This document shows positions 39,491-50,202 of a DNA stretch of 64,000 nucleotides, in pieces (positions within the stretch are counted from its first letter, which is position 1; each line of letters begins with the position of its first letter). Source of the stretch: a virus. Its lineage: Duplodnaviria; Caudoviricetes. Under the pieces are notes generated by a model. That model was not told the DNA's origin and made no database searches. It was given only the letters and a program-made list of their open reading frames with translations. The stretch is taken from positions 16,537 to 80,536 of the IMG/VR virus record IMGVR_UViG_3300033121_001921, one strand, 5' to 3'. The position numbers and the translations under genes were made by a program.

Positions 39491-40423
39491 ATGAAAAATA
39501 ACATTGAATTAAAAAATTATAACAAAAGTGGAATCTATAAAATAGAAAACATTGAAAATGGATTTGTTTATATAGGAAGTGCATACAATTTTTATAACAG
39601 ATATAGAGTTCATAAATCAAGATTATCCAGAGGAAAACATGATAATTATCATTTACAAAAATCATATAATAAATATGGTGTTGAAAAATTTGAATTCAGT
39701 ATTGTTGAAATAGTAGACAATATTGATAATATCTATGATATAGAAAAATTTTACATAAATAAGTTCTTTGGTACTAAATGTTATAATATTAACACCGAAA
39801 CACAACCCCACATTAATCTCATTTCTTGGAATGATTCTAGAGAAAAAGAATTTTCTTTAATTTCCCCAGATGGAGAATTAAGATTTTTTAAGGGGTATGT
39901 AAGAGCCGGAAAAGAATTGGGAATACTACCATCAGGAATAAGACAAGTTGTAATTGGTAAAATAAAAAGCTATAAGGGATGGAGAACAATAGATAATAAA
40001 GACTATGATTATAAAAATTATAGAAAAATAAAAAATAAAGGGGCTAAATTACATGATATTAAATTATTATCTCCAAGCGGAGAAATAATTGGCCCAATAT
40101 TTAATATTGAAGAATTTGCAAGATTAAATAACATACATCCATCGATAATATTTAATATTATCGCAAAAAGAACAAGATATTCTAATGGATGGTCTCTTTA
40201 CGAAGGAAGTATCAAGAAACCGATAGAAAAAAATGCAAAATTATATGATATTTGCCTTATTTCACCATCAGGTGAAGTATTTGATGGTATAGAAAATCTT
40301 GCAAAATTTTGCAGAGAAAACAATGTCCAAATAGCAAGCATAAGAAAGCTTATAAAAGGAACCATCAAAAGAAAATCTTATAAAGGATGGAAATTAAAAG
40401 AAAATCACCATGTCAAAAATTGA
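39491..40423 (+). CDS. GIY-YIG homing endonuclease with three C-terminal LISPxG repeats
   Basis: SGIYKIEN, YIGSA, HDNYHLQKSYNKYG; repeats LISPDG/LLSPSG/LISPSG. Confidence 0.88.
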   Translation: MKNNIELKNYNKSGIYKIENIENGFVYIGSAYNFYNRYRVHKSRLSRGKHDNYHLQKSYNKYGVEKFEFSIVEIVDNIDNIYDIEKFYINKFFGTKCYNINTETQPHINLISWNDSREKEFSLISPDGELRFFKGYVRAGKELGILPSGIRQVVIGKIKSYKGWRTIDNKDYDYKNYRKIKNKGAKLHDIKLLSPSGEIIGPIFNIEEFARLNNIHPSIIFNIIAKRTRYSNGWSLYEGSIKKPIEKNAKLYDICLISPSGEVFDGIENLAKFCRENNVQIASIRKLIKGTIKRKSYKGWKLKENHHVKN

Positions 40424-40916
40424 ATTACGAATAATTAAATTCCTGAATAGAATTCTTAAGAAATTCAACAAGCAAATATCCATTAATGGAAAATACTACC
40501 TTATAGAAGAGGGAAGAATTCATTACGAATGTGTGTATTGTCAAAGGGATCAAATAGCTCTTCCGGATTTTAAGTATAAAAAATATTCATACGAGTTGCA
40601 AAAACTACCACAGATTACATCACAAGATATAACTATTTCAGATGATGAATTATACGAAATTTATGGATGGGCCATAGAAACAAGATCCACAATAAGTGTA
40701 GATGAAGATGAAAATCCCCAATGGAGAAATGCCAAACCACATAAGATATACTCGTCTAGAGAAACGGCGTTGGATTCAATAATCCAACTAAAATCAACCG
40801 AAGACCCATGGACCAAAAGATACTACTCATATGAATATCGAGTTAAACCCATCTATCACATTTCATCAACAGAAGGAATGCGAAACGTTCTAATCAATAA
40901 AATCTTAAACAAATAA
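40410..40916 (+). CDS. hypothetical protein
   Basis: 168 aa ORF ending MRNVLINKILNK. Confidence 0.7.
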   Translation: MSKIELRIIKFLNRILKKFNKQISINGKYYLIEEGRIHYECVYCQRDQIALPDFKYKKYSYELQKLPQITSQDITISDDELYEIYGWAIETRSTISVDEDENPQWRNAKPHKIYSSRETALDSIIQLKSTEDPWTKRYYSYEYRVKPIYHISSTEGMRNVLINKILNK

Positions 40917-40926
40917 ACCAAAAACA

Positions 40927-41334
40927 ATGAAAACAAAAGAACAAAACAAGCAAGAAGTCGTTAATTATCTAACCAAGTGCTCTCAACACATTTTCGTTAA
41001 GGGATGGGAAGAATGGAGGCAAATTTTTCTTAAGCAAAAAGAAATAACAGAATTTGTTAAAATACTTGTTAAAGAAGATGGATTTGAAATTTACTCATTT
41101 GGAAAAATTAGAAAACTCACTAACAAAGACATTGATGACTTGGTTGAGAATTTCAAATCAAATGCAAAAAATCAAATCAAAATGACAACATTTGTTAATC
41201 AATATGTAAACGGCCCAAGGCTTTGTGCAGTCAAAAGCAATAGATACGTCAAAGAGCAGGTAGATAAAATTCTTAATCAAAGAGAGGATCCGTCCAAAAA
41301 AGAATCTACTATATCTAAAATTTTCAAATTCTAA
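40927..41334 (+). CDS. hypothetical protein
   Basis: 135 aa ORF. Confidence 0.7.
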   Translation: MKTKEQNKQEVVNYLTKCSQHIFVKGWEEWRQIFLKQKEITEFVKILVKEDGFEIYSFGKIRKLTNKDIDDLVENFKSNAKNQIKMTTFVNQYVNGPRLCAVKSNRYVKEQVDKILNQREDPSKKESTISKIFKF

Positions 41335-41341
41335 ATATTTT

Positions 41342-41371
41342 GGTGGAGGAGGTGGAGGAGGTGGAGGAGGA
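41342..41371 (+). repeat. (GGTGGAGGA)x3+GGA G-rich tract
   Basis: Directly visible between two + strand ORFs. Confidence 0.9.
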
Positions 41372-41410
41372 GAAAGTGCATGTATTAATATATACTGAAA
41401 GATAATCAGT

Positions 41411-42493
41411 ATGATAGTATCAAAATCTGCAGAAGTCACAATAAATCCATCAAATTATAAGCATTACGCTAGATTTTATCCAAGCATTAATTTTAGGGAT
41501 AAAGTCTTTGTTAATATTTCCGAATTAACCAAATCATCATCATGTATTATCAAAGCTTCTTGTGACTTCTGTAAATTTGAAAAAGATATAACATATAAAG
41601 CATATTGCGCCCAAACAAAATCCATAGATTATTATTCTTGTTCCAAGAAAGATTGCGTTAGTAAGAAAATTAAACTAGTATCTCAACTAAGATATGGTGT
41701 AGATAATCCATCTAAATCAGAAAATATTAAGGAAAAAATAAGAAATGTAATCAAAGAAAGATATAGAGTTGATAATGTTATGCATCTTGAATCATTCAAA
41801 GAAAAACAGAAAAAATCTATACGTAATAGATACGGGGTTGATAATCCATTTCAGTCTGAAGAAATTAAAGATAGAATAAAAGCAAAAAATTTAGAAAAAT
41901 ATGGAAATGAAATATCATCAAAATCCCCAATAATTAAAGAAAGAGTAATTATAAACAATAACAAAAAATATGGAGTTAATTATCCGCAACAACTGGAAGA
42001 AATTAAAGATAAAATAAAATCCACCAATTTAGAACGATATGGATATGAATCGGCATCATCCTCTATTGAGATAAGGAATAAAATAAAATCAACCAATTTA
42101 GAACGATATGGTGTCCCCAATTACTCCCAATCAAACGAATTTTGGCATAAATTTAAAAGCTCAATTGCTTGGAAAAAACACAATGGGCAAAATTATCAAA
42201 CCTCATATGAGCTAGATTTTTTAATACATTGTGAATCAAAAAATATTACATTATCATCGAATATACCAAGGATAAAATATAATCTAAATGAAGAAGATCA
42301 TTATTACTTCCCCGATTTTTACATAGAATCCATAAATTTATTAATAGAGATAAAATCTTACTATTGGTGGAAAAAGCTGGAAGATAAAAACATTCAAAAA
42401 ATTGAATCATCCAAACTACTAGGATATAATCACATATTGATAATGGAAAAAGATTATTCTGAATTTGACAAACTTATACAATCGATTTTATAA
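41411..42493 (+). CDS. KYG-repeat PD-(D/E)XK homing endonuclease
   Basis: CDFC...CSKKDC, repeated KSTNLERYG, YFPDFYIESINLLIEIKS. Confidence 0.78.
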   Translation: MIVSKSAEVTINPSNYKHYARFYPSINFRDKVFVNISELTKSSSCIIKASCDFCKFEKDITYKAYCAQTKSIDYYSCSKKDCVSKKIKLVSQLRYGVDNPSKSENIKEKIRNVIKERYRVDNVMHLESFKEKQKKSIRNRYGVDNPFQSEEIKDRIKAKNLEKYGNEISSKSPIIKERVIINNNKKYGVNYPQQLEEIKDKIKSTNLERYGYESASSSIEIRNKIKSTNLERYGVPNYSQSNEFWHKFKSSIAWKKHNGQNYQTSYELDFLIHCESKNITLSSNIPRIKYNLNEEDHYYFPDFYIESINLLIEIKSYYWWKKLEDKNIQKIESSKLLGYNHILIMEKDYSEFDKLIQSIL

Positions 42494-42501
42494 AATTTTA
42501 T

Positions 42502-43059
42502 ATGAGATCAAAATTAGTTAGCTTTATTGGTGCACCCGCATCAGGAAAGTCAACGTTGGCAACAGATGCCCACACAGAGCTAAAAAAATTAGGAAAGAAT
42601 TCCATCTACATTTCGGAATCAGCTACGGACTTCATTGCAGAATACGGAATACCAGATACTCCAGTAGATCAAATAACAATATTTTATAAACAAACCAATA
42701 GAGAAAAAATGTTTATTGGTACAAAGGAGTATATAATATGTGATTCCAGTGGAATCTTGAATTATTTCTATTTTAGAAAACTATTTAAGACACCCCTATC
42801 CAACAAGGACATAGCAACGATAAATCACCTTCAAAAAGAGATACTCAAAACATTGAACCATTGGGATTTTATATTTTATCTACCACCCATGTTGGGAAAT
42901 ACGGAAGATGGTATAAGATATCAAAACAAAGATGAAATAATAAAAATAGATAGATGGATAAAATCCTACCTTGAAATGGAATCAATTCCTCACATAGATT
43001 TAAGTAGTATTGATGTTAGTAAGAGGCAAGAATTTGTTATAAAAACCATATTACAATGA
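42502..43059 (+). CDS. NadR/AAA_28-like P-loop nucleotide kinase/ATPase
   Basis: Walker A GAPASGKST; ICDSSGI. Confidence 0.8.
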   Translation: MRSKLVSFIGAPASGKSTLATDAHTELKKLGKNSIYISESATDFIAEYGIPDTPVDQITIFYKQTNREKMFIGTKEYIICDSSGILNYFYFRKLFKTPLSNKDIATINHLQKEILKTLNHWDFIFYLPPMLGNTEDGIRYQNKDEIIKIDRWIKSYLEMESIPHIDLSSIDVSKRQEFVIKTILQ

Positions 43060-43313
43060 ACTACCTTAAAAAGGGAGATTATGTTAGAATTAAAGATGAT
43101 TGTGATATCTTCAACCACATAAAAAACACAACTGGTCGAGTAATAAACATTACAAGCAGCGGATATATAGTTGAATGTATTTTCAAAAATCCATATCCTG
43201 ATTTCTATAACATCCCCTATGAGTACATTTCAATAATACCCTACACTCTAAGAAAAATAAGAGAAAGAAAAATAGATCGCATAATAGATGATAAATCTGA
43301 ATATAGTAACTAG
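43056..43313 (+). CDS. small KOW-like hypothetical protein
   Basis: LKKGDYVRIK; ends RERKIDRII. Confidence 0.65.
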   Translation: MNYLKKGDYVRIKDDCDIFNHIKNTTGRVINITSSGYIVECIFKNPYPDFYNIPYEYISIIPYTLRKIRERKIDRIIDDKSEYSN

Positions 43314-45195
43314 ATGCACTAGACTTAAATACATCAATGATGTAAAAAATTCCATATTTAATACCGATAAATTCGAAATAACTTGGTGGCTAATATTCGA
43401 TACTAGAAATCTAAAAGAAATAGATGCTGATTTTTTGGAATCCCTACAATCAGTAAATTGCAAAACTCTATTCTATAAGGGAGAAGATGGGGACTTTGGC
43501 CACCAATTGGTAAATAAAGTATTTGACCAAATATCAGATGGATTTGTCTATATGTTGGATGACGATAATATAATACATGAGGACTTTTATGAAAATATCC
43601 ACGAGTCTATAATAAAAAATCCAGAAAAAAGAGGATTTATATTTTCACAGAAAGTTGGAGGAAGAGATTTTAGCGGATTAGATGTGAGAATGGGATCTCC
43701 AGAAAATACCAAGGTGAGTCATATAGATATGGCCCAATTTATTTTAAGGAGGGATCTAATAAGATCATATAGAATAGATCCTATGAATTATATAGCTGAT
43801 AGCATTTTTATAGAAAAAATCTACACAGAAAATAAGGATGACTTTTTTTTCATAAATAAAATCCTCTGTCATTATAACTATCTTAGTAAGGATAGTGGAT
43901 GGGTATCATCTCCACGTATATTATACATAGGCGAAGACATACCTGTATTAAAATCAATTGCATACGAGAATCTAGGAGAGAGCGATCACTTAAAAGTGGA
44001 GTATAGAACAGATGATTCTGATCTACAAAACATACTTAATAACTTCAATCCAAATGCCATAGTGGTAGTTGGTGATCCAAATAATGGTAGAAATGTAATT
44101 TCTCAGCCTCCAGATATAAGAAGGAGGGCAATTCATTTCGACAAATCTTCCTCTTCAATTGGTGAATCTGCCTATCAAGTGGCGATGAACTGGATTTTAG
44201 ACCACAATAGAAGAGATACGGTGTCATATTTCACCCCAATTTATAATACGGGAGAAAAGCTAAGACTAACATATCAATCTCTACAAAACCAAACCTGGAA
44301 CAATTGGGAATGGGTTATTGTTAATGATTCAACAGATGATGGCAAAACTCTAAAAATAGCAGAGGAATTAGCATCAAATGATAATCGTATAAAACTATAT
44401 GATTTTAGAAAAAAATCCGGGGGAGTTGTTGGTGAATCAAAGTACAGAGCTGCAACACTATGTAGCGGAGAAATACTTGGAGAGGTCGATCATGATGACT
44501 ATCTAATGCCAAACTGCACAGAGATGCTATTGAAAGCATCAGAAAAGCATCCACAGGCTGGATTCTTCTATACCGACTGTGTAGAGCTAACTTCAAATTG
44601 GGAATCTCCGAAATTTTATGGAGAAGGATTTGGATTAGGATATGGAAAATATAAAGAAGAGATGCATTTTGGAAGAATGATGAATGTGGCTGAGTCATTT
44701 AATATAAATCCAAAAACAATAAGGCACATTGTGGGTGTACCTAATCACATCCGAGCTTGGAGAAGAAAAGATTATATGAGAATAGGAGGCCACAATAGAA
44801 ATCTAACAATAGCAGATGATTTTGAGTTGGTTATTAGAACATTCTTAGAAACAATATTTGTTAGAATCCCAAAGCTTGGGTATTTGCAATTTATTCATGA
44901 AAACGGATCAAATACACATAAACAATCCATATATGATATCCAGAGAAGAGTAAGAACTATATCAAACTATTACAATCTACGAATAAAAGAAAGGTTTCAT
45001 GAATTAGGAGTAAATGATTGGGCATTTCAAGAAAATCCCCATTATCCGCTCCTAACTCCAAGTAGGTTTGGTGATAAAGAGGAAAAGGTTAATCTTATTT
45101 ATGAAGAAGAATCTGGACTAAAACAGGAATTTATGTCAAATACACCCCCTCAATCTGCTGATCCACTAAATTCAGAATTAGAATATATGATTTGA
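43288..45195 (+). CDS. two-domain GT-A (family 2) glycosyltransferase
   Basis: YMLDDDN in domain 1; TPIYNT, VNDSTD, EVDHDD and ADDFEL in domain 2. Confidence 0.88.
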   Translation: MINLNIVTRCTRLKYINDVKNSIFNTDKFEITWWLIFDTRNLKEIDADFLESLQSVNCKTLFYKGEDGDFGHQLVNKVFDQISDGFVYMLDDDNIIHEDFYENIHESIIKNPEKRGFIFSQKVGGRDFSGLDVRMGSPENTKVSHIDMAQFILRRDLIRSYRIDPMNYIADSIFIEKIYTENKDDFFFINKILCHYNYLSKDSGWVSSPRILYIGEDIPVLKSIAYENLGESDHLKVEYRTDDSDLQNILNNFNPNAIVVVGDPNNGRNVISQPPDIRRRAIHFDKSSSSIGESAYQVAMNWILDHNRRDTVSYFTPIYNTGEKLRLTYQSLQNQTWNNWEWVIVNDSTDDGKTLKIAEELASNDNRIKLYDFRKKSGGVVGESKYRAATLCSGEILGEVDHDDYLMPNCTEMLLKASEKHPQAGFFYTDCVELTSNWESPKFYGEGFGLGYGKYKEEMHFGRMMNVAESFNINPKTIRHIVGVPNHIRAWRRKDYMRIGGHNRNLTIADDFELVIRTFLETIFVRIPKLGYLQFIHENGSNTHKQSIYDIQRRVRTISNYYNLRIKERFHELGVNDWAFQENPHYPLLTPSRFGDKEEKVNLIYEEESGLKQEFMSNTPPQSADPLNSELEYMI

Positions 45196-45740
45196 TTTAT
45201 TCTCCAATCTCTTAAATTCGTGAAGTGATTTTTAAAGTGTCCCTCTTCATATTCAGATTCTGAGATACCATATTTCATATCTCCGGGTTTGTCCCTGTTA
45301 ATAACATAATATTTATCACCGTGAATAAAGTATGAATAAATTACACCTCGGAAAAATTTTGCCCTATGGTAGAAGGATCCAAAGATAGTGTCTTTAATAC
45401 AAATGCAATGAGTTTTTTGGACCTTAACGGGCTTTGCTCCCGAATTTCTACCATAGGTGAAATTATGATCTCCCACAGATGGAAGAATTGAATTCATTTT
45501 TTCAATCCTCACAACGTGTTTTATCTTTTTGTTTAATTCGCCCTTTATATTATTGACAGTTTTGGAAAACTGAACCTCATTTTTGCCTATCTCCCTAGCA
45601 AATTTTTCCGGAGAGAATCTCATGAATTCTTTAAGAAGCAAATATTCAGCACTATCAGACCTCTCGGGATTTAAAGTCCTTAAATAGTCCACGTATCTCT
45701 GTAAATCAGGAAGCGTTGATATGCTGGTCAGAACTCTCAC
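45150..45740 (-). CDS. hypothetical protein
   Basis: 196 aa ORF behind TATATTTG. Confidence 0.6.
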   Translation of the reverse strand: MRVLTSISTLPDLQRYVDYLRTLNPERSDSAEYLLLKEFMRFSPEKFAREIGKNEVQFSKTVNNIKGELNKKIKHVVRIEKMNSILPSVGDHNFTYGRNSGAKPVKVQKTHCICIKDTIFGSFYHRAKFFRGVIYSYFIHGDKYYVINRDKPGDMKYGISESEYEEGHFKNHFTNLRDWRINQIIYSNSEFSGSAD

Positions 45741-45815
45741 TACACAAATATATTAAAAATGATCGAATGCAGACTTTTTTCGCAATGACAATATAAATTA
45801 AAAATTATATCTATA

Positions 45816-46787
45816 ATGCTATTGTCATGCATAATCGACGGAAATTACATTTTATCAAAACTCGTATTCACTCTACATAAAAACAATTTACTATATGGAG
45901 CTTTAGATCAGGCATTAGAAAATTCTATATTAAATTATAGAAAAATTTACCCATTCAGTGATTTCTATCTCGTATCTGATTCAAAAGAAAGATCTTGGAG
46001 AAAAGAACTTCTAACAGAATATAAAACAAATCGAAAGAAGGACTCTGATATTGATTGGAAATTTGTATACTCTACATATGATAGATTCAAATCTAGGCTC
46101 TCTGGGGTCAAGATTCTCGAATATCCTCGAATAGAGGGAGATGACTGGATAGCATTTTTAGTCCAAAAATTGAATGAGGATAAAAAGTCTACTATGATAG
46201 TCTCAAACGATTATGATATAAAACAACTCATAACCTTCAATTTAGAAGGAATGTGGATAAATTTCATGTCAAATGAAATGTTCAATAAGCAAAAAATATT
46301 TCTACCAAGCAATTACCAAATAATTATAGATAAGATTAGAAAGCTACCAAACGATGATATTTTCAATCTAAATGATAACTCAGAATTTCTATCTCTATTT
46401 AAAAAATTTGAAACAAAATACGAAATATCAGAAATCAACAACATGGAATCACTTTTTATAAAAATAGTCTCTGGAGATTCGAGTGATAATATACATTCGG
46501 TTTACAGAGTTAATAAAAATGGAAGAGTTCGTGGAATAGGATTCAAAGGAGCCCAATCAATATATAATTCATATATTAATGAATTCGGAGAAGTATCTTT
46601 AACAGATCCTGATTTATATGAAAATATTGCTGATATAATTTGTGAAAAAAAGAAGCTATCAAAATCTATGATAGGAAAAATAGTTTCCAACATAAATGGC
46701 AATATGAAACTTATTGATCTAAGAATGAATAACTTCCCAAGTGATATTCTAAATTCAATGAACGATAGATTTTCAAAATGTCAATAA
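45816..46787 (+). CDS. 5'-3' exonuclease / T4 RNase H (FEN1-like)
   Basis: IIDGN, SWRK...YKTNRK, EGDD, SNDYD, GDSSDNI. Confidence 0.88.
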   Translation: MLLSCIIDGNYILSKLVFTLHKNNLLYGALDQALENSILNYRKIYPFSDFYLVSDSKERSWRKELLTEYKTNRKKDSDIDWKFVYSTYDRFKSRLSGVKILEYPRIEGDDWIAFLVQKLNEDKKSTMIVSNDYDIKQLITFNLEGMWINFMSNEMFNKQKIFLPSNYQIIIDKIRKLPNDDIFNLNDNSEFLSLFKKFETKYEISEINNMESLFIKIVSGDSSDNIHSVYRVNKNGRVRGIGFKGAQSIYNSYINEFGEVSLTDPDLYENIADIICEKKKLSKSMIGKIVSNINGNMKLIDLRMNNFPSDILNSMNDRFSKCQ

Positions 46788-47065
46788 TAGAACAAATATT
46801 CAGACTCACCACCCATGGATTCAAGTCCACACTTAATAAGTGGTCGATTAGAAATCTCAAAATTGATGTACCAATTGAAGTATCAAGGCTCTTGATATTT
46901 GAAAATATATTAGTACTAGATAGTGGAAATTTAGAAACAGGAGAAGAACACTACGTCTATAATCCAGATCTAATCGGAAAAGAAATCACAATCAAAAACG
47001 AAGAAATATCTAATTCTTTAATAAGCATTTTAAGGCAAATAAAATTGAACTCTATAGATGTTTGA
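46778..47065 (+). CDS. hypothetical protein
   Basis: Ends ILRQIKLNSIDV. Confidence 0.65.
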   Translation: MSIIEQIFRLTTHGFKSTLNKWSIRNLKIDVPIEVSRLLIFENILVLDSGNLETGEEHYVYNPDLIGKEITIKNEEISNSLISILRQIKLNSIDV

Positions 47066-47764
47066 GATCAAATGCGAAGATAATCTCTCATTTATGAGAT
47101 CTATAGATTCCAATTCTATTGATTTGATCTATGGTGACATTTCGAAGACCTAAAGCCAAAAAAAGAGGATATATACGAATTCTATGTGCCTAGAATAAAA
47201 GAAATGCATAGAATTTTAAAATCCACTGGATCCATCTATCTTCAAATGGATTGGAGAATAAATCATTGGATTAGATGTATAGGTGATGATATATTTGGAT
47301 ATGATCGGTTTCTGAATGAAATAGTATGGTACTACAATTCATCACCAAGAAAAAAAGGAAATTTCAGCAACCGACATGATACTATATTGAGATGGTCAAA
47401 AACAAAAAAATTTAAATTTAACGAAGATATCGTAAGAGAACCATATTCACTATCCGCTCCTCGCGGATATGAGAAAGAGAAATACTATCATCCAAAAGGA
47501 AAAGTAATGGGAGATGTTTGGCAAATAAACATTTTAGGACAGAACGATAAAAGTGAAAGAGTTGGATATTCAACCCAGAAACCAAAAGAATTAATTAAAA
47601 GAATAATCGAAGTATCAACTGATAAAGGAGATTTAGTGGGGGATTTTTTCATGGGATCAGGAACATCGGCTATTGCGTGTAGGGACACGGGGCGGAAATT
47701 TATAGGATGTGACATAAACGAAAAAGCAATAAAGATATCGAAAGAAAGAATAGGAATAAAATGA
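47058..47764 (+). pseudogene. N6/N4 DNA methyltransferase with a frameshifting deletion at about 47140
   Basis: MFEIKCEDNL...IDLIYGDI, then shifted frame FEDLKPKREDIYEFYVPRIKEM...YSTQKP...DFFMGSGT. Confidence 0.8.
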
Positions 47765-48039
47765 TTGAAAAGACATTCAAAAATTTTGATATTGAATCAG
47801 ATGAAGGCAAAATGCTATTAGCATCCATTGCCATCTTGACAAGTATTAGTATTTCAGATATACAGGAGAAAAAATATGGAAGTACTTGTTCTCCAGAGGA
47901 TGTTATAGATACTATTCAAGATTTAGCAAACAGAATATTTCACGAAAAAGAGTGGAAAAGAGATCAAATGGGTAAAAAGAGAATTGAAAAAATAAATAAA
48001 CTAGAAAATGAACTATCCACTACCAGGAGAAATTTATAA
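47761..48039 (+). CDS. hypothetical protein
   Basis: 92 aa ORF. Confidence 0.6.
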   Translation: MIEKTFKNFDIESDEGKMLLASIAILTSISISDIQEKKYGSTCSPEDVIDTIQDLANRIFHEKEWKRDQMGKKRIEKINKLENELSTTRRNL

Positions 48040-48238
48040 ACATTACAAAGGCGGAACATATGAGATAATATCCCTCGCAATTCATACAGAAACAAAGGAA
48101 ACTCTAGTCATATATAAGTCTCTAAATTTTGGATCTGTACATGCTCGTCCGTTTGAGATATGGAACGATACTGTACAAATAGAAGAATCTAAGGGCGAGC
48201 TAAAAACAATTGTTCCAAGATTTAAGAAAAATGGTTGA
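48008..48238 (+). CDS. DUF1653-like protein
   Basis: YKHYKGGTYEII...HTET.E.LVIYKSL...ARP. Confidence 0.82.
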   Translation: MNYPLPGEIYKHYKGGTYEIISLAIHTETKETLVIYKSLNFGSVHARPFEIWNDTVQIEESKGELKTIVPRFKKNG

Positions 48239-48635
48239 AGATAATATATTATCAGTCTCCAAAGCCATGTTCCAGAATAAAAATAATTGGCCATTGGTGA
48301 CTATTGATATGAAGGAGAAATACTTCTTCATATTTAATAGGTATCTAAGTAAAAAATATCCCAAAGAGGCTCAACTTATCAATGATAAATTGATAAATAA
48401 ATCCATTGGATTAGACCTTTGGTACTATTTCATGTTAGACAAACCATACCCAAGATGGTTTTGGTCCAAATCTAAAAAATCAGAATCGGAAGACATATCA
48501 GATAAAGACTATGATCTCCTGATGCGGAAATTAAACCTAAACAAAAGTGAGGATTTAACATATTTAATTAATAACTTCTCTGAAGTAATTGAAGAAGAAT
48601 TAAAATTTTATAAAAAACAACTTAACAATGGATGA
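48210..48635 (+). CDS. hypothetical protein
   Basis: 141 aa ORF overlapping nusG. Confidence 0.7.
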   Translation: MFQDLRKMVEDNILSVSKAMFQNKNNWPLVTIDMKEKYFFIFNRYLSKKYPKEAQLINDKLINKSIGLDLWYYFMLDKPYPRWFWSKSKKSESEDISDKDYDLLMRKLNLNKSEDLTYLINNFSEVIEEELKFYKKQLNNG

Positions 48636-49167
48636 AATGAAATGGTACGCTATCAGAACACAAAATAATAAAGAAAAGAGTGTTTTAGAAAAACTGACCC
48701 TGGAAGTGGGGAGATCAGGAATGTCAAATCTCGTTGGTAGAACAATAATACCGGTGGAGAAGATCTTGTCCTCAAAAGGTGGAAAAAAATTCTTTAGAGA
48801 AAGGACAATATATCCCGGATATGTATTTATTGAGACATCAGCTCTAGGAGAAGTGAATAATATTCTTAAAAGCGTTCAAGGAGCAACTGGATTTGTCAGA
48901 AGCAAATCAGGAGATATACATCCCATAAAAGACGATGAAGTTAGAAATTTACTAAAAGTTGAAGATGAAAAGCGCGAGGTTGTTGAGAAATTAACAACTT
49001 TCCACACAGATGATGAAATCCGAATAATAGATGGGCCATTTGATACCTTCAAGGGTAAAGTACTAGAAGTCCTCCATGAAAAGCAAAAAATTAAAATTGG
49101 TGTTCTGGTATTTGGCCGAATAACCAATATCGAGCTTAATTATGACCAAGTTGAAAGAGTCTATTAA
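48628..49167 (+). CDS. nusG: NusG-family transcription factor
   Basis: WYAIRTQNNKE, YPGYVFIE, GATGFV, KOW motif IIDGPFDTFKGKV, VFGRITNIEL. Confidence 0.92.
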   Translation: MDEMKWYAIRTQNNKEKSVLEKLTLEVGRSGMSNLVGRTIIPVEKILSSKGGKKFFRERTIYPGYVFIETSALGEVNNILKSVQGATGFVRSKSGDIHPIKDDEVRNLLKVEDEKREVVEKLTTFHTDDEIRIIDGPFDTFKGKVLEVLHEKQKIKIGVLVFGRITNIELNYDQVERVY

Positions 49168-49531
49168 AAATAGAAAGATATACGGAAATTACAGAGTTTA
49201 TTCACCCGATGATATTCTGATGTTCAGAACCAATTTAAAAAAGATAAATTGGTATTTGGGTAGAAATTTAGCTCAAAAAATAGATGAGGAATCTATAAAG
49301 TTAACTTTTGTTCCAAATGGGATGGGATGTTATGGGGTTGGATATGGGTTGGGTAAAATGCAAAACATTTGCGTTGTGTGTGGAAATAATGAATTTCTAA
49401 CAAAACATCATGTTGTTCCAAGATGCTACCGAATTCATTTTTCCGAATCATCAAAATCACATAAATTTCATGATGTTTTAACGCTATGCTCAAACTGTCA
49501 TTACAAATATGAAGAAATAGCTTTTTCATGA
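49142..49531 (+). pseudogene. N-terminal half of an EXD2-like HNH/Zn protein
   Basis: CVVCG, HHVVPRCYR, KSHKFHDVLTLCSNCH; truncated at an insertion. Confidence 0.7.
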
Positions 49532-49562
49532 TAACCCATTTATTATTGAAGTTCAGTATCTT

Positions 49563-50186
49563 ATGAATACTATTAGTGATCTAACATTTGATAATATTTA
49601 TCATGAACATACTAATTATTGGTCAGTTACATCATTGAAAAACTTTTTTGATAAATTGGGAGTTACTATCAATAAAGTAGAACATGTTAAAACTCATGGT
49701 GGATCAATAAGAGTATATACTTCAAAAAATAATTCAATTGATGAAAGTGTTTCATTGTTTTTGAAAAATGAGAGTGGTTTTGGAATTGATGATTATTCAA
49801 CTTATTTGAATTTTTCTGATAAAGTTAAAAATATCAAAAATACTGTATATGAAAATATAGTCGAACTGAAAAAAAGATATAAGATATCATCTTATGGATC
49901 ACCAGCTAAGGCAACAACATCTCTTAATTATTTTGGAATTGATGATAACTTAATTGATTTTACAGTTGAAGATAATCAGTTAAAAATTGGAAAAATTATA
50001 CCGGGAGTAAATATTCCGATAGTTTCGAAGGAATATTGTCTTAATAATTTACCAGATGTTATTATTGTCTTAGCGTGGAATTTTTTCAATGAGATAAAAT
50101 CAAATAATAAAGATTTAATTGATTTAGGTGTTAAATTTATATCAATAAAAGATTTGGAAAATCCGAATATTTATTTTAATATATAA
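49563..50186 (+). pseudogene. 5'-truncated sugar C-methyltransferase (Methyltransf_14-like C-terminal part)
   Basis: FDNIYHEHTNYW, HGGSIRVY, YGSPAKATT, IPGVNIPI, LAWNFFNEI; SAM-binding N-terminus absent. Confidence 0.8.
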
Positions 50187-50202
50187 AAGAAAATATTAAA
50201 TC

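Noticed and set aside
41158-41439. Poly-Pro ORF on the minus strand
   Set aside because: It overlaps + strand genes at both ends; only the G-rich tract itself is retained as an observation.
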